Of a DNA stretch of 64,000 bases, positions 43,401 through 58,630 are shown piece by piece. This DNA comes from the human T2T-CHM13v2.0 reference genome, Homo sapiens, in the NCBI RefSeq assembly GCF_009914755.1, contig NC_060947.1, one strand, 5' to 3'. Numbering within the stretch: position 1 is the stretch's first letter; each line of letters begins with the position of its first letter. Made by a program: the position numbers and the translations under genes. The notes beneath the pieces are model-generated. The model searched no databases, was not told the DNA's origin, and saw nothing but the letters and a program-made list of their open reading frames with translations.

Positions 43401-45474
43401 GTAATATTTTAAGTGTATTTTGTAAAATCTTCATAGCTAAAACAGCATATATTATATTATATCTCTATTTAAAGGAATTTACAGTAATACTAGAAACAGG
43501 GTATGGAAATTATCTTTTCAGTTCACCTTAATTAGATAAATTTGAGGGCAGATTTGAATGCGAGGAATATACTTTGGAAAATATTAAGGAAGGAATGTTT
43601 GGAGCTAGTTATCTGCCTAAGAAAAATAATTGCTGTTGACAGTTTACTTACCTGACAACTTTCCTAGAAGCTGAAGCTTTGGCAATTTATCTTTACTGAA
43701 TATTAGTTGCGTTTGAGGCAGCCTCGAGCTCCACAGATTACAACAGGCTGGAGAGAAGCAAATATAAAAGAAGAACAAATGGAACCCCAAATTGTCTTTC
43801 ATGTTCAATCCCCTACCTTCATATATAAAATGGCCTAACCCTACAGAGTTAAGATATTCATCATTTGCTTCCTAGGTTTTCATCTGAAAGATATAGCAAA
43901 GCTTAGCACAGCCTCTCTTCCCAGACTGAACACAGAGATAGATAAAGCCTAAATACCAACAGCCAAGACAGTAAAAAGCTATACTACCAAGTTTAATTAA
44001 GCAAGTAGTGGTGACCGGGGCAGAGGAGTTGTAAGGTTCAGTGTGACTTCTGAGAATACACTAGTACTTGATGAAGAGTAATAATTATTGTGAATATGCA
44101 CATTTAGGTGACAAAAGCAATTTAAGGGGCATATGTTGCTATTTGTTTAAAATCTTACTCATAGCTAATATTTCATTTGATTATAGCTATGTGATTTTTA
44201 TTAAAATCTTTTATTTTCTAATAGTAATTGAATCAGCATTGATATGCTCATCTTATTACATTAGCAATTAATGTCTTTTGTGTGTTTTATAAAACACTTA
44301 GACAACAAATTCACTGTTTTTTTTTTCTCTCACTCCACTTCCTAATGGTTTTTCCAAAAACCTGAGACTCAGTGAAAAATAACAACTGCAATGCTGAGTT
44401 AGCCAAGATTTTCTGAATTGTATATGTCTTTTTCTGATGATTTGTGTAGTTTAAATTCTGGCCTCTCAACACTTTTCTGTAAGGAAATAACTAATTAAAA
44501 TCCACACCTGCCAAAGAGCTCTTTAATCTTTTAATATTCATAAGCCTTAACCTTCATGGCTAATGTCATGTCACCTAGGTAACTATGCATTAAACTTCAT
44601 AAATATTAGACCAACCTTTTGAAGCTCAGTTTCTCTCAGGTCTATCATGAGTGATCAACATCAGAAAATAGAAATGAGTAACTGAAAACTGCCCTTTGGT
44701 ACTCCAAGAATGATGACTTACTTGGTAACTCATATGATGTTGGAAGAAAATTACCAATACAGTCAGCAACTCATTCTCACTGCTAGGGTAACAAGGTTCA
44801 CCCAAAGCATGAAACAACAAATGGAAAGTCTACCTTTCTTTTTATTCATGAATGCAAAAGAATCAGGTTAAGTTCAAATATAGCAAAGGAAGACTTTAGT
44901 TATGGTGCAGAGCCGAAAGAGAGTGCACCTCATGCACAATCATTTCATTTGAAGGCCAAGTTGATGTATTTTGACCACGTCCCAACAGTACACTTGAAAT
45001 GAATCATGGTTTTATGTGACAGGAAATGATAATACAGGAAGGTAATTAGTTACCAGGAATTAAAGGAGCGAAAATAAACCATTAGCAATTTTATTTTCAG
45101 TCTCACTATGGAAGTGAGTTTTTACTCTCTGCACTTACTAATGTTAAACTTTATTAGTCATTTGAATATAAGTCATTAAACATTCCTACTTAAATTAAAT
45201 GTTTGGTATTCATTAATTAAATGTTATTAACATGATGCTTTCCTTTCCCACTGCTCTGCTCCAGCCTCTCATTTTAACTCCCCTGGATAGTTACAGTAGC
45301 CTCCTGACTGATCTCCATGCTTCTAGTTTGTCATATATCCAACCCAGAGTCATCATCACCATCATGATATTGATAATAGCAACTGCTATCATTGAATGAG
45401 TACATATGATGTGCCAGTGTATAGCGGGGCATTTTAATTTAATGCTCACAGCAACTCTATAAGGTCAGTACTAA

Positions 45475-45792
45475 TGTTGTAGAAAAAAACAGGTTCTTGT
45501 CACACGACCAGGAAAAGTTAGGCACGCAGACACTTTAAAGTGTGAGGGGAAACGGAATTTACTAGGTGAAAAGGAAGAAAACGCTCGGCAAAGCAAGAGG
45601 GTTTCCTGTTAAGAGGCCCCCAGCTCACCGATTGAATCCCAGGTACCACAAAGGAAGAGGAGAGGCCAGACTCCTGCACCCCTGCAAACGGCACGAACTT
45701 CCCATGACTCCACCATGTTCTCCCAGTGCCCAGGCAGATAGATGGGAGATTCTCCGGGGATCCTCCCCCTTATCTTCCTCCTGCATCTATCA
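45475..45792 (-). mobile_element. MER61A-like ERV1 solo LTR inserted in a MIR
   Basis: TG...CA ends, 4-bp TSD ctaa (45471-45474, 45793-45796); reverse reads tgatagatgcaggagg...gggattcaatc...cctggtcgtgtgacaagaacc; MIR resumes ttttacagatgagaacactgagg. Confidence 0.85.
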
Positions 45793-45939
45793 CTAATGTC
45801 ATCCCCTTTTTACAGATGAGAACACTGAGGCTGAGCTGAGGTTAAGTAATTTATTCAAGGTGAAATAACTAGAAAACAATAGATCTCAATTAAGTTTTGC
45901 CTGTTCTAACTTTAAAACATACACATAGTCCTCCACTTC

Positions 45940-46490
45940 TGTCTACATCCCCTACAAATTCAGCACCTATCAGGCAGAACTAACTTTTTAAAAATCTAAA
46001 TCATGTCATGTCAAACCCTACTTAAAATTTCCTCTAACGGCTTCCTGATATGATTAGAGTAAAAAACAAAATCCTTACCCTGGTCTACAAAGACATGATA
46101 ATCAGACCCCTACCTTCCTCTAGATCCTAATCTCTTGCATGTCAGCCCTTTAGTCACTTCAATCCAGCCACATCAGCCTTCTGTCTGTTTCTAAAACGCA
46201 TCAAGTTCATTCCCACATAAGGCCTTTAAATCAGCTATTCCCTTTTATTGGAAGTCTTTGCCTCAGATATTCACCTCACTAATTCCATCTTCTGCATAGC
46301 ACTTACCACCATCTAAAGCTATCTGTAAAATGTATTTTGTTGTTGTCGTTACTGTCCTCTGTCTCTCCTGTACCCTGCTAAAGAGTAAGCACCATGAGAG
46401 CAGAGGACTTGCCAACACTCATCACTACTATGGCCCAGGTGACTAGAACAGTGCCTGGAATGTAGGAGCTCAATAGATATTAACTTATCA
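45940..46490 (+). mobile_element. L2a-like fragment
   Basis: gtaaaaaacaaaatccttacc...ccagccacatcagccttc...gtaagcaccatgagagcagag...tagaacagtgcctgg...gctcaatagatat. Confidence 0.7.
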
Positions 46491-46547
46491 AATCCAATTT
46501 TGTCAGACTTCAGAGCACTTAGCTCTTAACCACAATGCTAACTTCTT

Positions 46548-46846
46548 TTTTTTTTTTTTTTTTTTTTTTGGAGATGGAGTTTCACTCTTGTCACCCAGGC
46601 TGGAGTGCAATGGCGCGATCTCTGCAATCTCCACCTCTTGGGTTCAAGCGATTCTCCTGCCTCAGCCTCCCAAGTAGCTGGGATTACAGGCATGCGCCAC
46701 CACACCTGGCTAATTTTTGTATTTTTAGTAGAGATGGGATTTCCATATGTTGTCCAGGCTGGTCTCGAACTCCTGACCTGAGGTGATCCACCCGCCTCTG
46801 CTTCCAAAAGTGCTAGGATTACAGGTGTGAGCCACCACGCCCGGCC
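46548..46846 (-). mobile_element. AluSp/Sq
   Basis: Full reverse Alu; 17-bp TSD cacaatgctaacttctt / cacaatgttaacttctt. Confidence 0.95.
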
Positions 46847-47185
46847 CACAATGTTAACTTCTTAAACGATAGATTTGTTCACCTTACTTCTTTCTTCAAA
46901 AATCACCACTATTGCCATTTTCTAGAAAATAAAGTTCCAGCTGCTCAGTGTTGCTTTCAGGGGCCTTCACATCTAGCCTGTCTTTCCATCTGACCTCCAC
47001 CTGCACCTCACCTCATGTGTTATGACTGAAACACAGCAAAGGATCTGAATACTCCCCATACTTCACACTCTGCACTTCCCCACACTGCCACCTCCCCTGA
47101 CTAACCATTTCTACCTATAAAATATGACATACATCCTTCACAGCCAAGGTCAAACCGCACTTCTTATCCAGAACTTTCCTAACCC

Positions 47186-47890
47186 TGAAACTGCCTTTGC
47201 AAAAATTATTATCAGTGAGAAAAATTCTAACAATAAGCTGAGCTACCCTGCCTTCCCTATCTTGCCTTTCCCTTAGTTATTCCTGGGCTATTGGGCCAAG
47301 CTCACTTTGGAAGACCTTTAGGCTATTATTTAAATGATAATAGGCCTTGCCCAAAACTCAATCACCTTTGTAAAGCTAACAGGAGGCCATCAGGCTGAGG
47401 GGAGGAGGGGCCCCTGAGTCCTGCTAAGGTGCAGACACAAAGGACTGTCAGCCATTATTTTGGAAGTTATAAGATCTGCAACTTCCCCAATTCTTCCTAC
47501 AAATAATACTACTATTGTAGATTGACCTTTTGGGATATCTCTTCAGTTTTTTTGCATGTCTGACATCCATCGCTCCACATGGACCCACCAACCGCACTCC
47601 TGTGGCCCCATCCAGAAGGGATTCAGTCCACTAGAGGACAGCTTCAACCCCCTAAGATTTCATCTCAGCCCTACCCAATCAGCAGCAAGCACCTGTTACC
47701 CGTCCATCCCCACCCCTTCCCCCAAACTGCCTTTGCAAAACTCCCAAACTAGGAGGTTCCAACCAGATGATTTGAGTAGGAACTCCATCTCTCATCTGAG
47801 GTGGCCGGCCTCATGTCTATTAAACTCTTTCTCTACTATAGTGCCATAGTCTTTAGGCAGCAGGCAGGAAGAACCCCTTGGGCAGTTACA
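47186..47890 (+). mobile_element. MER50-like ERV1 solo LTR
   Basis: tgaaactgcctttgcaaaaatt ... gggcagttaca; perfect 4-bp TSD accc. Confidence 0.82.
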
Positions 47891-49807
47891 ACCCCCTCAG
47901 ACATAATTAATTTCTCCCTCTATAATTCCCCCCCATGGTACTGTGTAGATCTTAAAACATTCACTACAATGTGCCTCGCAAGAAAGTTAACTGTCTCTGC
48001 CTCCAGATTGTTACCACTGTTATCTTATTTTCTGTCATGTTTTTTTAAAATACAGGATCTAGCACATAATGTTTACTCAAATATTGAACTGAACTAAACG
48101 TTTGTGGGCTCTCACATCCCTTTCACCACTCATGTATGCTGGTTCTATTATATTACATTTTTCCCCTTGCTTCTTAATTGCTTTAATTTATTTGACTTGG
48201 GTATGTAATTTTTCCCCAAGCTAGATTTTAAGATAGTGAAGACTTCTGTTTCTATTCCTTGTCCTTTCTCTTGTCAACAATACCCCTCTACCCTGTGGTC
48301 CCCCATTACTGCTCCTTTACATTTAACCTGTTGCTGAACATGTAGGGAGTATATTCTATATAACAATGAGTGAAGAATAACTGACTACACAAATAAATAA
48401 ATGGATTAAAAGAAGAGTTCCACTAGGTTTAGTGTAAGTTTAAAAAAATAGCATCAAAGTAGTCCAACTAGTTTTTCCCTTTCTGTGTTTCAAGTGGAAC
48501 AATGGTTAATCAGAGAGGCGGGGTATGATAGCAGCCCTGGGCTACTGGCCAGAGGGAGGAACAGGAGATCAGAGTCTTTCCCTCACGATTTCTGGCAGAT
48601 TTGCAGGGAGGTTTAAGAGCAAAGATTAGATCAAGCTGACAAAGCAGGGTCAGGGTATTATTTGCATTCTCCTCCCTCCATACCTTCAACTCCCCCAACG
48701 CAGACATGAACAGCTTTGGGATGGGTAAATGCATAAATTGATTTTCCCTAGCATTATTATTTGAGGAGACCATGGAAGTCTTGAAAATAGCTACTTCTCA
48801 AGAGTAACCATTTGTGGAGAAAATAATGAAAACCGATTACGTTTACGAATTTTATGTGTATCTCTAGAAGGATAGATAACTATCAAAATATTAGTGGACT
48901 GGTAAATAGTGGTTAATTAAGAGGTTGCAATGGCCATGTTTATTTGTTTTTTAAACATAAAATTTAGTCTGGACAAGCATCAATATTTAAGACATCTCAT
49001 TTTTGCCCAAAATGGCTTATGGCCCAGTCTGGATGAGTCAGACCAAACAAATGTCTCCTGTGTATTTCCAGAGTAAACATTTCTCAGAGGCAGAACTCTG
49101 CCCTCAGCCTTGCCTATTAACACATAAGACTGCTTGAGCTTTTCCATAAACATAAGGAAGAGGAAGAAAAGGCTGAGGAGGAGGGAGAGAAATATAAGGC
49201 AAAGTTTCTTAAGGAATAAATTAAACATCGACCCTCTTGAGGAAAACCAGCAGGTTTGACTGTTTTTGTGTTTGGTGAATTGTATATCTATTTACTGTGG
49301 AAAGACCTCCTTAGCCATAGGCAAAAAACAACACCAACAACAAAAGAAACCCAAAAATTAAACACCAGGAATTGGACAAGTGACTTAGCCTCTGAAGACA
49401 ACCTCGAATAACCATCAAACTCTAGTTAGGTAACTCTTTGGCAAATAAAAAATAAAAATCAAGACAAAACCACCAAGATGCCTAAGTATGTGCAGTAGCA
49501 TCTCCAGGCGGACATTTCCTGATCCAGACTGTAAATAAGAGGAAGCAAAAGAATGATGAATAATGGACAATGAAGCATGTCAATCCTGTGGTAGCTAAAG
49601 AAAGGGATTTTTACCCTTAGAATCAGAACAGTCTCTTGATGACTTAGTATAATTATGCTATCAGCCAGCAAACACACAGAATATTCTTGATTGCACCAGG
49701 TCCTTAATACACCAGCAAAACCATCAAATAAGGAACTGTTAACAGTCCAGTAAAGAACAGCAGCATTTGAAAAGGTCTGTCTTTTAGGTTTTAAAATAAA
49801 ATTCCCA

Positions 49808-50879
<1,072 letters not shown>

Positions 50880-51540
50880 TTATGCAAGTAGGCTGCCAAG
50901 TATTCCGTTTTCCATACAATGGATGAATTGGGATTTCTTTTTTAAAAAATTCTGGCATATTTTACTTCAACTCTAGGTATATGATAGTTTAACATAATAA
51001 ACTCCTGCAATCTATAACTGACAACTAAATACACAATCTAATACCCCAATCCTTGAGGTATTTTTTATTGTCATGCTATAAATATTGCCTTATTTACCTA
51101 CAATATCTTCCTCTGTGTGGTAGAAAAGTTACTTTTTGTATATAACTTAGAAAATCCTCTTTAAAGCCAATAAATTGAAATTGTAGCTGATAAGATGTTA
51201 AGCCCAATGAATAATAATGAGTCAGGAATGGTATGAGCCACTTGAATAAATTGATGTCAGGACCATTTGGGGAGAGAAGAGACACATACAAACACCCTCT
51301 CAGAGAGAAATGTTGTGGAAGAATGGGTTACACTTGTATGTTACAAAGTTAATTATATTAATAAGCAGATTGAAATCCATCAAACTCAGACTTTTTTTGG
51401 AGCCATGTGAAATAATACATTTAAAGATCTGAAGGTTGCACATTTTATCTATTTGATTCTTGAAATTTCTGAAATCCAATAAAGAAAGGCACTTGCTGTC
51501 AGACCAAGAAAGTAGAAGTTAAGGAACATAAGGTTTAGAG

Positions 51541-51720
51541 CAATATTATTCAAAGTGCAGTAGCTGGACCATGCACCATCAGAATCACTCAAAATATGTA
51601 ATACAAAGAATGATTCCAAGTTTTACCACTTCAGATATTCCAGAGTATATCTGAAATCTCTCCTTATAACACGCTCCCCTCCCCAGATTATTCTATGGTC
51701 ATTAACAGTTGAGAAATGCT
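51541..51720. mobile_element. MER5-like MITE, diverged
   Basis: ttcaaagtg...catcagaatcac...ccccagattattctatg...agttgagaaatgct. Confidence 0.5.
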
Positions 51721-51889
51721 AATTTAGGTATTTATTCCGGGTTATTCTTGCTTATTCCTTTGATGCTCTAACAAATCTTTCTAACCTCTATGTGAAAGGT
51801 TACTACTATGCTAAATTTATGCATTGCCCTATTCCCAAATGACACCAAGATACAAAGTTTTAATAGGGTTAAGAAATAGCCCCACTTTC

Positions 51890-52122
51890 TGGGAGCTTGC
51901 TTGGAGGTTCTAGCAGAGGAGCACAGCTACTCATATATCCTTGACCGAAGAATGGTCCTTTTCTACCAGGGAAGATTCTCTGACTGAATGTGCAGCTTCA
52001 GGTGGGATGTACATGGAGAAGTGAGGGAGGAAGCAGACACCTGCCTAGCCAGCCAAATCAGCCAAAGGCACCCTGGTGATCAATGGGGTGAGAGATGTCG
52101 CAGCCAGATAGCTCTTACATCC
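51890..52122 (-). pseudogene. 7SK snRNA retropseudogene (RN7SKP-type), about nt 1-240 of 7SK, 3' truncated
   Basis: Reverse complement ggatgtaagagctatctggctgcgacatctctcaccccattgatcaccaggg...ttcggtcaaggatatatgagtagctg...tgctagaacctccaagcaagctc is collinear with 7SK from its first nucleotide; flanking TSD-like cccc(t)actttctgg. Confidence 0.93.
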
Positions 52123-53404
52123 ACCCCTACTTTCTGGAAAGGGGCTTTGAGTTTTCTGCAAATCCCAATCTCCCCTGCCCACATTTATTTATGTAAAGGA
52201 CAAGTCGAAGGCTTTTGGATATTTTAATCCAAAAGTTTTATCAAAACATAAATTGGTAAAGTATTAATGTTTTAAGCCACAACTTCCTACAGGGCAAAGA
52301 GTGTTTACCTGAACCAGGAACATGTGGGAATTTTTTTAAAAAGAACTTTTTAATGATGATGACCATTAGCAAAAACAGAAAAGTGCAGTTTAATATTTAC
52401 TCAGTAGAATGCAAGAAACTCTCAGTGAATGTTTATTTAAACAACACACACCAAACCAGTTAGCAATTTTTGCTGAGCGTGTAAAAAAACTGCTATGTCT
52501 TCTGATTTAGACATTGCAGTCAATTGCAGAAAGTTCACAAAGTAGTGGTTTACAATAAGCTCCAAAACTTTCCGTGTCTTTCTGGTGAACTTGATTATCA
52601 CAGTGTCTTTTAAACCCCATATGGGCAATTTCTATTGATTATAATGCTGCCTACTGCTGAGAGCAAAACTGATCCAGTGCACACTCCAAAGTGGATAATC
52701 CCTGCCAGCAGGTCGCTTGTGCCTCCGGAGGTTGCCTTTTAACACAATTAATGATGATGACGATGACGGTGATAATAATAATAATAATCCTCAATGCTTA
52801 CTCAACACATTCTATTAAGATAGCTGGAAAATTAAATAGGGCTAACGTAATGTCATTTCCTTGACAGTGAAAACATAGGGTAGAATATTCCAAAGGCCTA
52901 ATTACATTTTGATGGTAACTGGAGATTTTTTTCAGAAACTAGATCCTAAAGACATCCTTGAATTAAAAAGAGGCTCAAAACATCTTTAATAAACAACTAC
53001 AAGACAACTACAGATTTTCTACAAAGTTACATGCTCTACTGTATAAGACTTAGCTTTCTATTTTCCATAACATATCAAAATAATTCCCAAAGGGTATATA
53101 TGTAGCAGCTGGCTTTGCTTAATAAAGAAGGAAAATAACCTCATAGTTCTCCAGTAAGTTTTGCAAAATATACCTCCTTAAACCTCTAAGTCAATAAAAG
53201 AAATATACCCAAAAAAGTAGCTCCACCAATTACCAAATTTGCTAATGTATTATCATACCCTTACCAGCTTCAAAAGTGAAGACAGTAGCTTTCATTTCAT
53301 TAATATGGTGACCAAATGTATTTTCTGAAATTCCAATTGTATTTGGACCCCAAGTTGAATTAAATTTCTTTTTAATAAAATAAATATAAAACCTAAATCT
53401 ACTG

Positions 53405-53735
<331 letters not shown>

Positions 53736-54480
53736 TTATATAATTTTTGTCTTTCTGTATGATTATTTGGTAAAGGTCCACTTGCATCATCGTTTTAAAA
53801 TGTCCTTTGGTAATGAAGCTATAGTTATTCTTTCATTCTTATTTCCTTGGAAGATTAAAATGAAGAGGCTGGAAAATCTTACCTTTATGGTTCTTCCTAT
53901 GAGTCTATGATTGTTGCACACCCATTAGAGAACAGCTTAACTGCCCACATAGATTAGAAGGAAAATGCAGGCTGAGAAGAAGTACCTCTCATTTGAATGC
54001 AGATCTTTCAGGTGCACTGGCACCAAACTATAAAGCTGTTTCTTATGAAGCAAAATTTATTATAAGGTACTTTCAATTGTATAGACTCGAAAGATAGTTA
54101 TTTTCTAACAACGAAAAGGACTAACTATAAGGCAGGATAATTACAGAAGGAGAAACTCACCAAAACCAGTAAAAATGTTTATGCCATCAATATCTCTGTA
54201 ATTCCAAAAACTGTTACTTAGAACTACCATTGTGTTAGTCTACTCAGGCTACCATAACAAAATATCATACACTGAATGGCTCAAACAGCAGAAATTTATT
54301 TCTCACGGTTCTGGAGGTTGGGAAATCCAATATCAAGGTGCTGGCAAGGTAGATTTCATTCTGAGGACTCTTCCCTTGACTTGTCATCAGCCACCATCTT
54401 GCCGTGTGCTCACATGACCTCTCTTTGTGAGCTAAAGGGAGAGGGAGTAAGCTACCTGGTGTCTCTTCTTAATAGGGCAC

Positions 54481-54947
54481 TGTCTTAGTCCATCTAGGCT
54501 ATTACAACAAAACACCTTACAGTGGGTAATTTATGAAAGACGGAAATTTATTTCTCCCAGTTCTGGAGGCTAGGAAGTCCAAGATCAAGTCCCCAGAAGA
54601 TTTCATGTCAAGTGAGGGCCCATTCCTCATACAGAGCACTTTATATGTGTCCTCACGTGGCAGAAGGCAAGGCAGCTCTCTGGCGCGCCCCCCACCCCCC
54701 CCCCCATTTTTTTTTGAGACAGAGTTTCCCTCTATCTACCTGCTTCAGCCTCCCAAAGTGCTGGGATTACAGGCGTGAGCCACTGCACCCGGCCTCCGGT
54801 GCCTCTTTTTATAAGGGCATTAATCATATTCAGGAGCCTGGAGCTCTCATGACCTAATCACCTACTAAAGGGCCCACCTTGTAATACCATCACCTTGATG
54901 ATTAGGTTTTAGCATGAATGGAAAACACAAACATTCAGATCATAGCA
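54481..54947 (-). mobile_element. MSTC/D-like MaLR LTR nested in MLT1A
   Basis: tgtcttagtcc...cattcagatcatagca; TSD ggcac/agcac. Confidence 0.8.
54707..54794 (-). mobile_element. Internally deleted Alu (both ends kept)
   Basis: Tail plus 3' end ttttttttgagacagagtttccctct joined directly to 5' end atctacctgcttcagcctcccaaagtgctggg...cccggcc. Confidence 0.85.
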
Positions 54948-55959
54948 AGCACTAATCCCATCATGAGAGCCCATCCTTATGACCTCATGTTACCTTAAAT
55001 TACCTACCCAAATACCATCAAAGGGGACGGAGGGGGGTGTGGGTGTGGTTAGGATTTTAACATATGCATTGGGGAAGAGACACAAACATTCAGTCCATAA
55101 CAATCATGTTGCCTGCCACCACAAACTTTTGGCATCTTTACTGAGAGACACAGGTTTAAAGGCCATAGATTGCTATACATTGAATGCAAAACATAAGAAT
55201 TGAACCATATAAGTATTCAATCTAAGTAATTCCTTTCTACTTGTGATAACAAAAAGGACTACCCCATTCCAACCCTGTAGCAACAGCCTTGTTGTTTGCC
55301 TGAACTGTCTATTTAAATGCCCCAATTATTTAATTCACCTTGTCAATTTATGCAATCACATGGCAATTATTTCCATAGTGAAATACAACTTGACTAAGAA
55401 AATATTTTTTCCAAGTTGGCTTCAGTGTACAAAGACCTCCACTCAGAAAAAGAAAACACAGTGTTCAAGAGGCCTCTTTTGTCACCGGGTATGTACTACT
55501 CTACCCAGGTGGGAATGTGACGTCCTCAAATTAACCAAAGGTTGGGGTTCAGCAATATATTGTGGAAACGGCAACCTAAGGCACAATTTCTATCCTTGTT
55601 CATCATCCCAGTGCACCCATTTTCTCACTTTCAGAAGCTACTAACTCTCAGAAAGACTGGACACATAATTTATTTAAGTAATACTCCACAAATCTCTAAT
55701 TTCAAAGAGCAAAATCCAACTTTAAGATAGTATCATTAGAGATCTGATTTTCTTAATTCTAACTGTAATTCACATGATTTGGGATTTTGGTCATCTAAAT
55801 ACATATTTTTTGTTTGTGTTTAAGAAGCCACTGAACCTCTGCTGACTGGAATGATTTGTATGATTTCGGCTCAGAAATCTTTTTTACATTCTTGAATGGT
55901 CAGTTCCATAATCTCTGCCTCCAGTGGTATCCCAAAACTTCTGTAATAAAACAAAATGG

Positions 55960-56254
55960 GGCTGGGAATGGTGGCTCACGCCTGTAATCCCTGGGAGGCC
56001 GAGGCGGGCGGATCATCTGAGGTCGGGAGTTCGAGACCAGCCTGACCAATGGAGAAACCCCATCTCTATTAAAAATACAAAATTAGCCGGGCATGGTGGT
56101 GCATGCCTGTAATCCCAGCTACTCAGGAGGCTGAGGCAGGAGAATCACTTGGACCCAGGAGGCGGAGGTTGCAGTGAGCCAAGATTGCACCATTGCACTC
56201 CAGCCTGGGTGACAGAGTGAGACCCTGTCTCAAAATAAATAAATAAATAAATAA
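55960..56254 (+). mobile_element. AluSp-like with (TAAA)n tail
   Basis: gaggtcgggagttcgagaccagcctgaccaatggagaaacc; TSD aaacaaaatgg / aaacagaatgg. Confidence 0.93.
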
Positions 56255-58630
56255 ACAGAATGGATTTTGTTTTCTCTTTTCAGTTATTTCAACACCTGAG
56301 GTGGTTACCAATGGATCCTTTCACTACTCATACAATATTATAAATTCACATATATTCAGTGATTCTAATTTTCAAGCTTTTCTTCAAAGGAATACTGAGG
56401 ATCCTTTCAGATAAGCATATTTCAATTTAATTCATGCCTACTAATTCTGAGATTTGAGTTGAAGTTTCTTAGTTCTGTATTACTTCATGGATATGACAAT
56501 CATAATCAGTTTCTGCACACAAAGTGTGGGCAATTTAGAGATCTAAAATTAGTGTGAGCAAATTATTTAAACGAATGCCGCATAAGAAAGAGATTAATCA
56601 GGTCACACAAATGGCTAGAGTATCCCAAATCTGAGTTCTCACTTATTTTCTTCTACCCTAGCAATCTAACTAAAGGTAGCAAAGATTTTATTTTGTGAGC
56701 TTATAGAAAGTACAGCATTTTGTATTTTTTTTAACCAATAATGATTGGGCATCCATAGTGGAATTTAAGCATTTTTGTCCATTTTTTTATTGAAAATTTT
56801 TCAAAAGGACTGTCTCTTAAGCTTAACATACATACAATGGACAATAAATAAATATTGTTGATAAATAAGTACATGAACTAGCTGACTTTACACTTATTAG
56901 ATGTCATTTTAGTCCAGCAAAACTGAGGCAACTTTGAAGCCTGCCATTTAGTTTCAGCTATTTTTACAAAAGGGAAAACTTAGGAAAATGTTTATGTTTC
57001 CTAAAAATATAAGAAAAAACATCTAAACACAACCCCATAAGCATATATGTTATTTATGTATAATTTCTATTTTCATTTTGTTTAATACTATATTATAAAA
57101 CGGAATTGCCTTTGTTGACAAAGTTGACTAACTGAATTTTGAATGGGTGTTAGCTTCTGACTTAATAACATTTTAACATCTAAACTTTAAAAAAACATCG
57201 TCTTATAATGTCTAGAATTACTAAAAAAAATTATAAAATGCATTTTTGAGTTGTAAACCCAATAGCGTGTGGTAATCATATTTTGGATACTTATTTGTTG
57301 AATTAATCAAGGAGCTTTCCTCTTCCACATTCCAAGGAAAATTGCTAGTACTTTGTAGGGAAAATGGTTATAGCTCATATTCTTTGCTATTACACAAACT
57401 ACTAAATCTATATAAGGTTATGACTACATCTCAGTCAAGAAATATAGATCTTTCCATCGTTTCCATAAGGAAAGCCAAGATCTGATGAGGCAGTGGACAA
57501 AATGTATGCCAGAAAACTTGTAGATGAACTATAAAAAGAAAATTTCAGGATCTGATTTGGCAGATCACCTAGTAGGCACTGGAGGATGGGAGGCACGTTG
57601 ATTTGCAACACTAGCTAGGGTTAGAGAGCCTGTTCCTATGTAGCAAATCTCCAAGCCTCAGCACTAGGGTATCTTCCACCTCCCTTTTTAAAAAATACGC
57701 CATGATTAAAGCCAATAAGACGCTCAGAGAATCTAGAAATAAATGTTACATTATTAATGCATTTGGTATTATTATACAGATTTCAGATAAAACAAAAAGT
57801 GAGTCAGAATTTAATATAGGGTATTTACATAACAGAGCTATATTCGTGAGCAAGCACATTGCCACGACATTCTGCATTTAGCTTTCTGGTGCCTAAGACA
57901 CACTTAAGATCACGAATGGGCCTGTCCTCTGGAAAATTATTTTAAAGGTCTTTCACCTTTATCAAGTAGCATTATTTCCACCTTTATAACAGGGCTTGTA
58001 TGAACACTATATAACACATGCTACTCAAATAGGTTTTAGATATTTGGAATCCAGGCAAATAGGAGCTTAATTATTCTTTGGTGGGTTTTAATTTCATGCA
58101 ACCAATTTTGTGTGAATGAAAAGCATTCCAGAACAATTTTTGCCTGCTTCCTCTTTTTTGGTTTTCCTTCTTCTCCTTTCCATTTTTTGCCCTCTACCTT
58201 TCTTCTTATAGCAAGTGAAAGACTCAATTAAAGGAAGAGAATAGTGAGAGAAAGACCATTTTTGTCCAATTTCAACCTCTGGCCTCAGGTATACTTGCCT
58301 ATGACCAACTACTTTAGCACTAATTAATGCTTTAGCTTCTCGGTAAATAGACAGTTTTTATCTCAACAAAATGTCATCAGCTCCTCCAAGAGATAAACTG
58401 TACTATGAACTTCTCAGCTACTATTAGCCTAGAGAAGGAGAGACTGCATCCCCCAAAGGGACTCTTGCATACTCAAAACTAAATAGCATAGAAATATCTT
58501 GCGTTTAGTTTTAATATTTATGGAATACCAAAGTATTCTTTCCTTTCTTAGAGCCACCTTATTATTAACATTCTTCTCCACCATCTCCAGGTGACTGATT
58601 GTATGTCACTTTTTTATGGCATAATCCCCT

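Larger units (their letters stand above)
54231..55102 (-). mobile_element. MLT1A-like MaLR LTR (outer element of a nest)
   Basis: tgtgttagtc...cagtccataaca; TSD accat/atcat; interrupted at 54481-54947. Confidence 0.8.
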
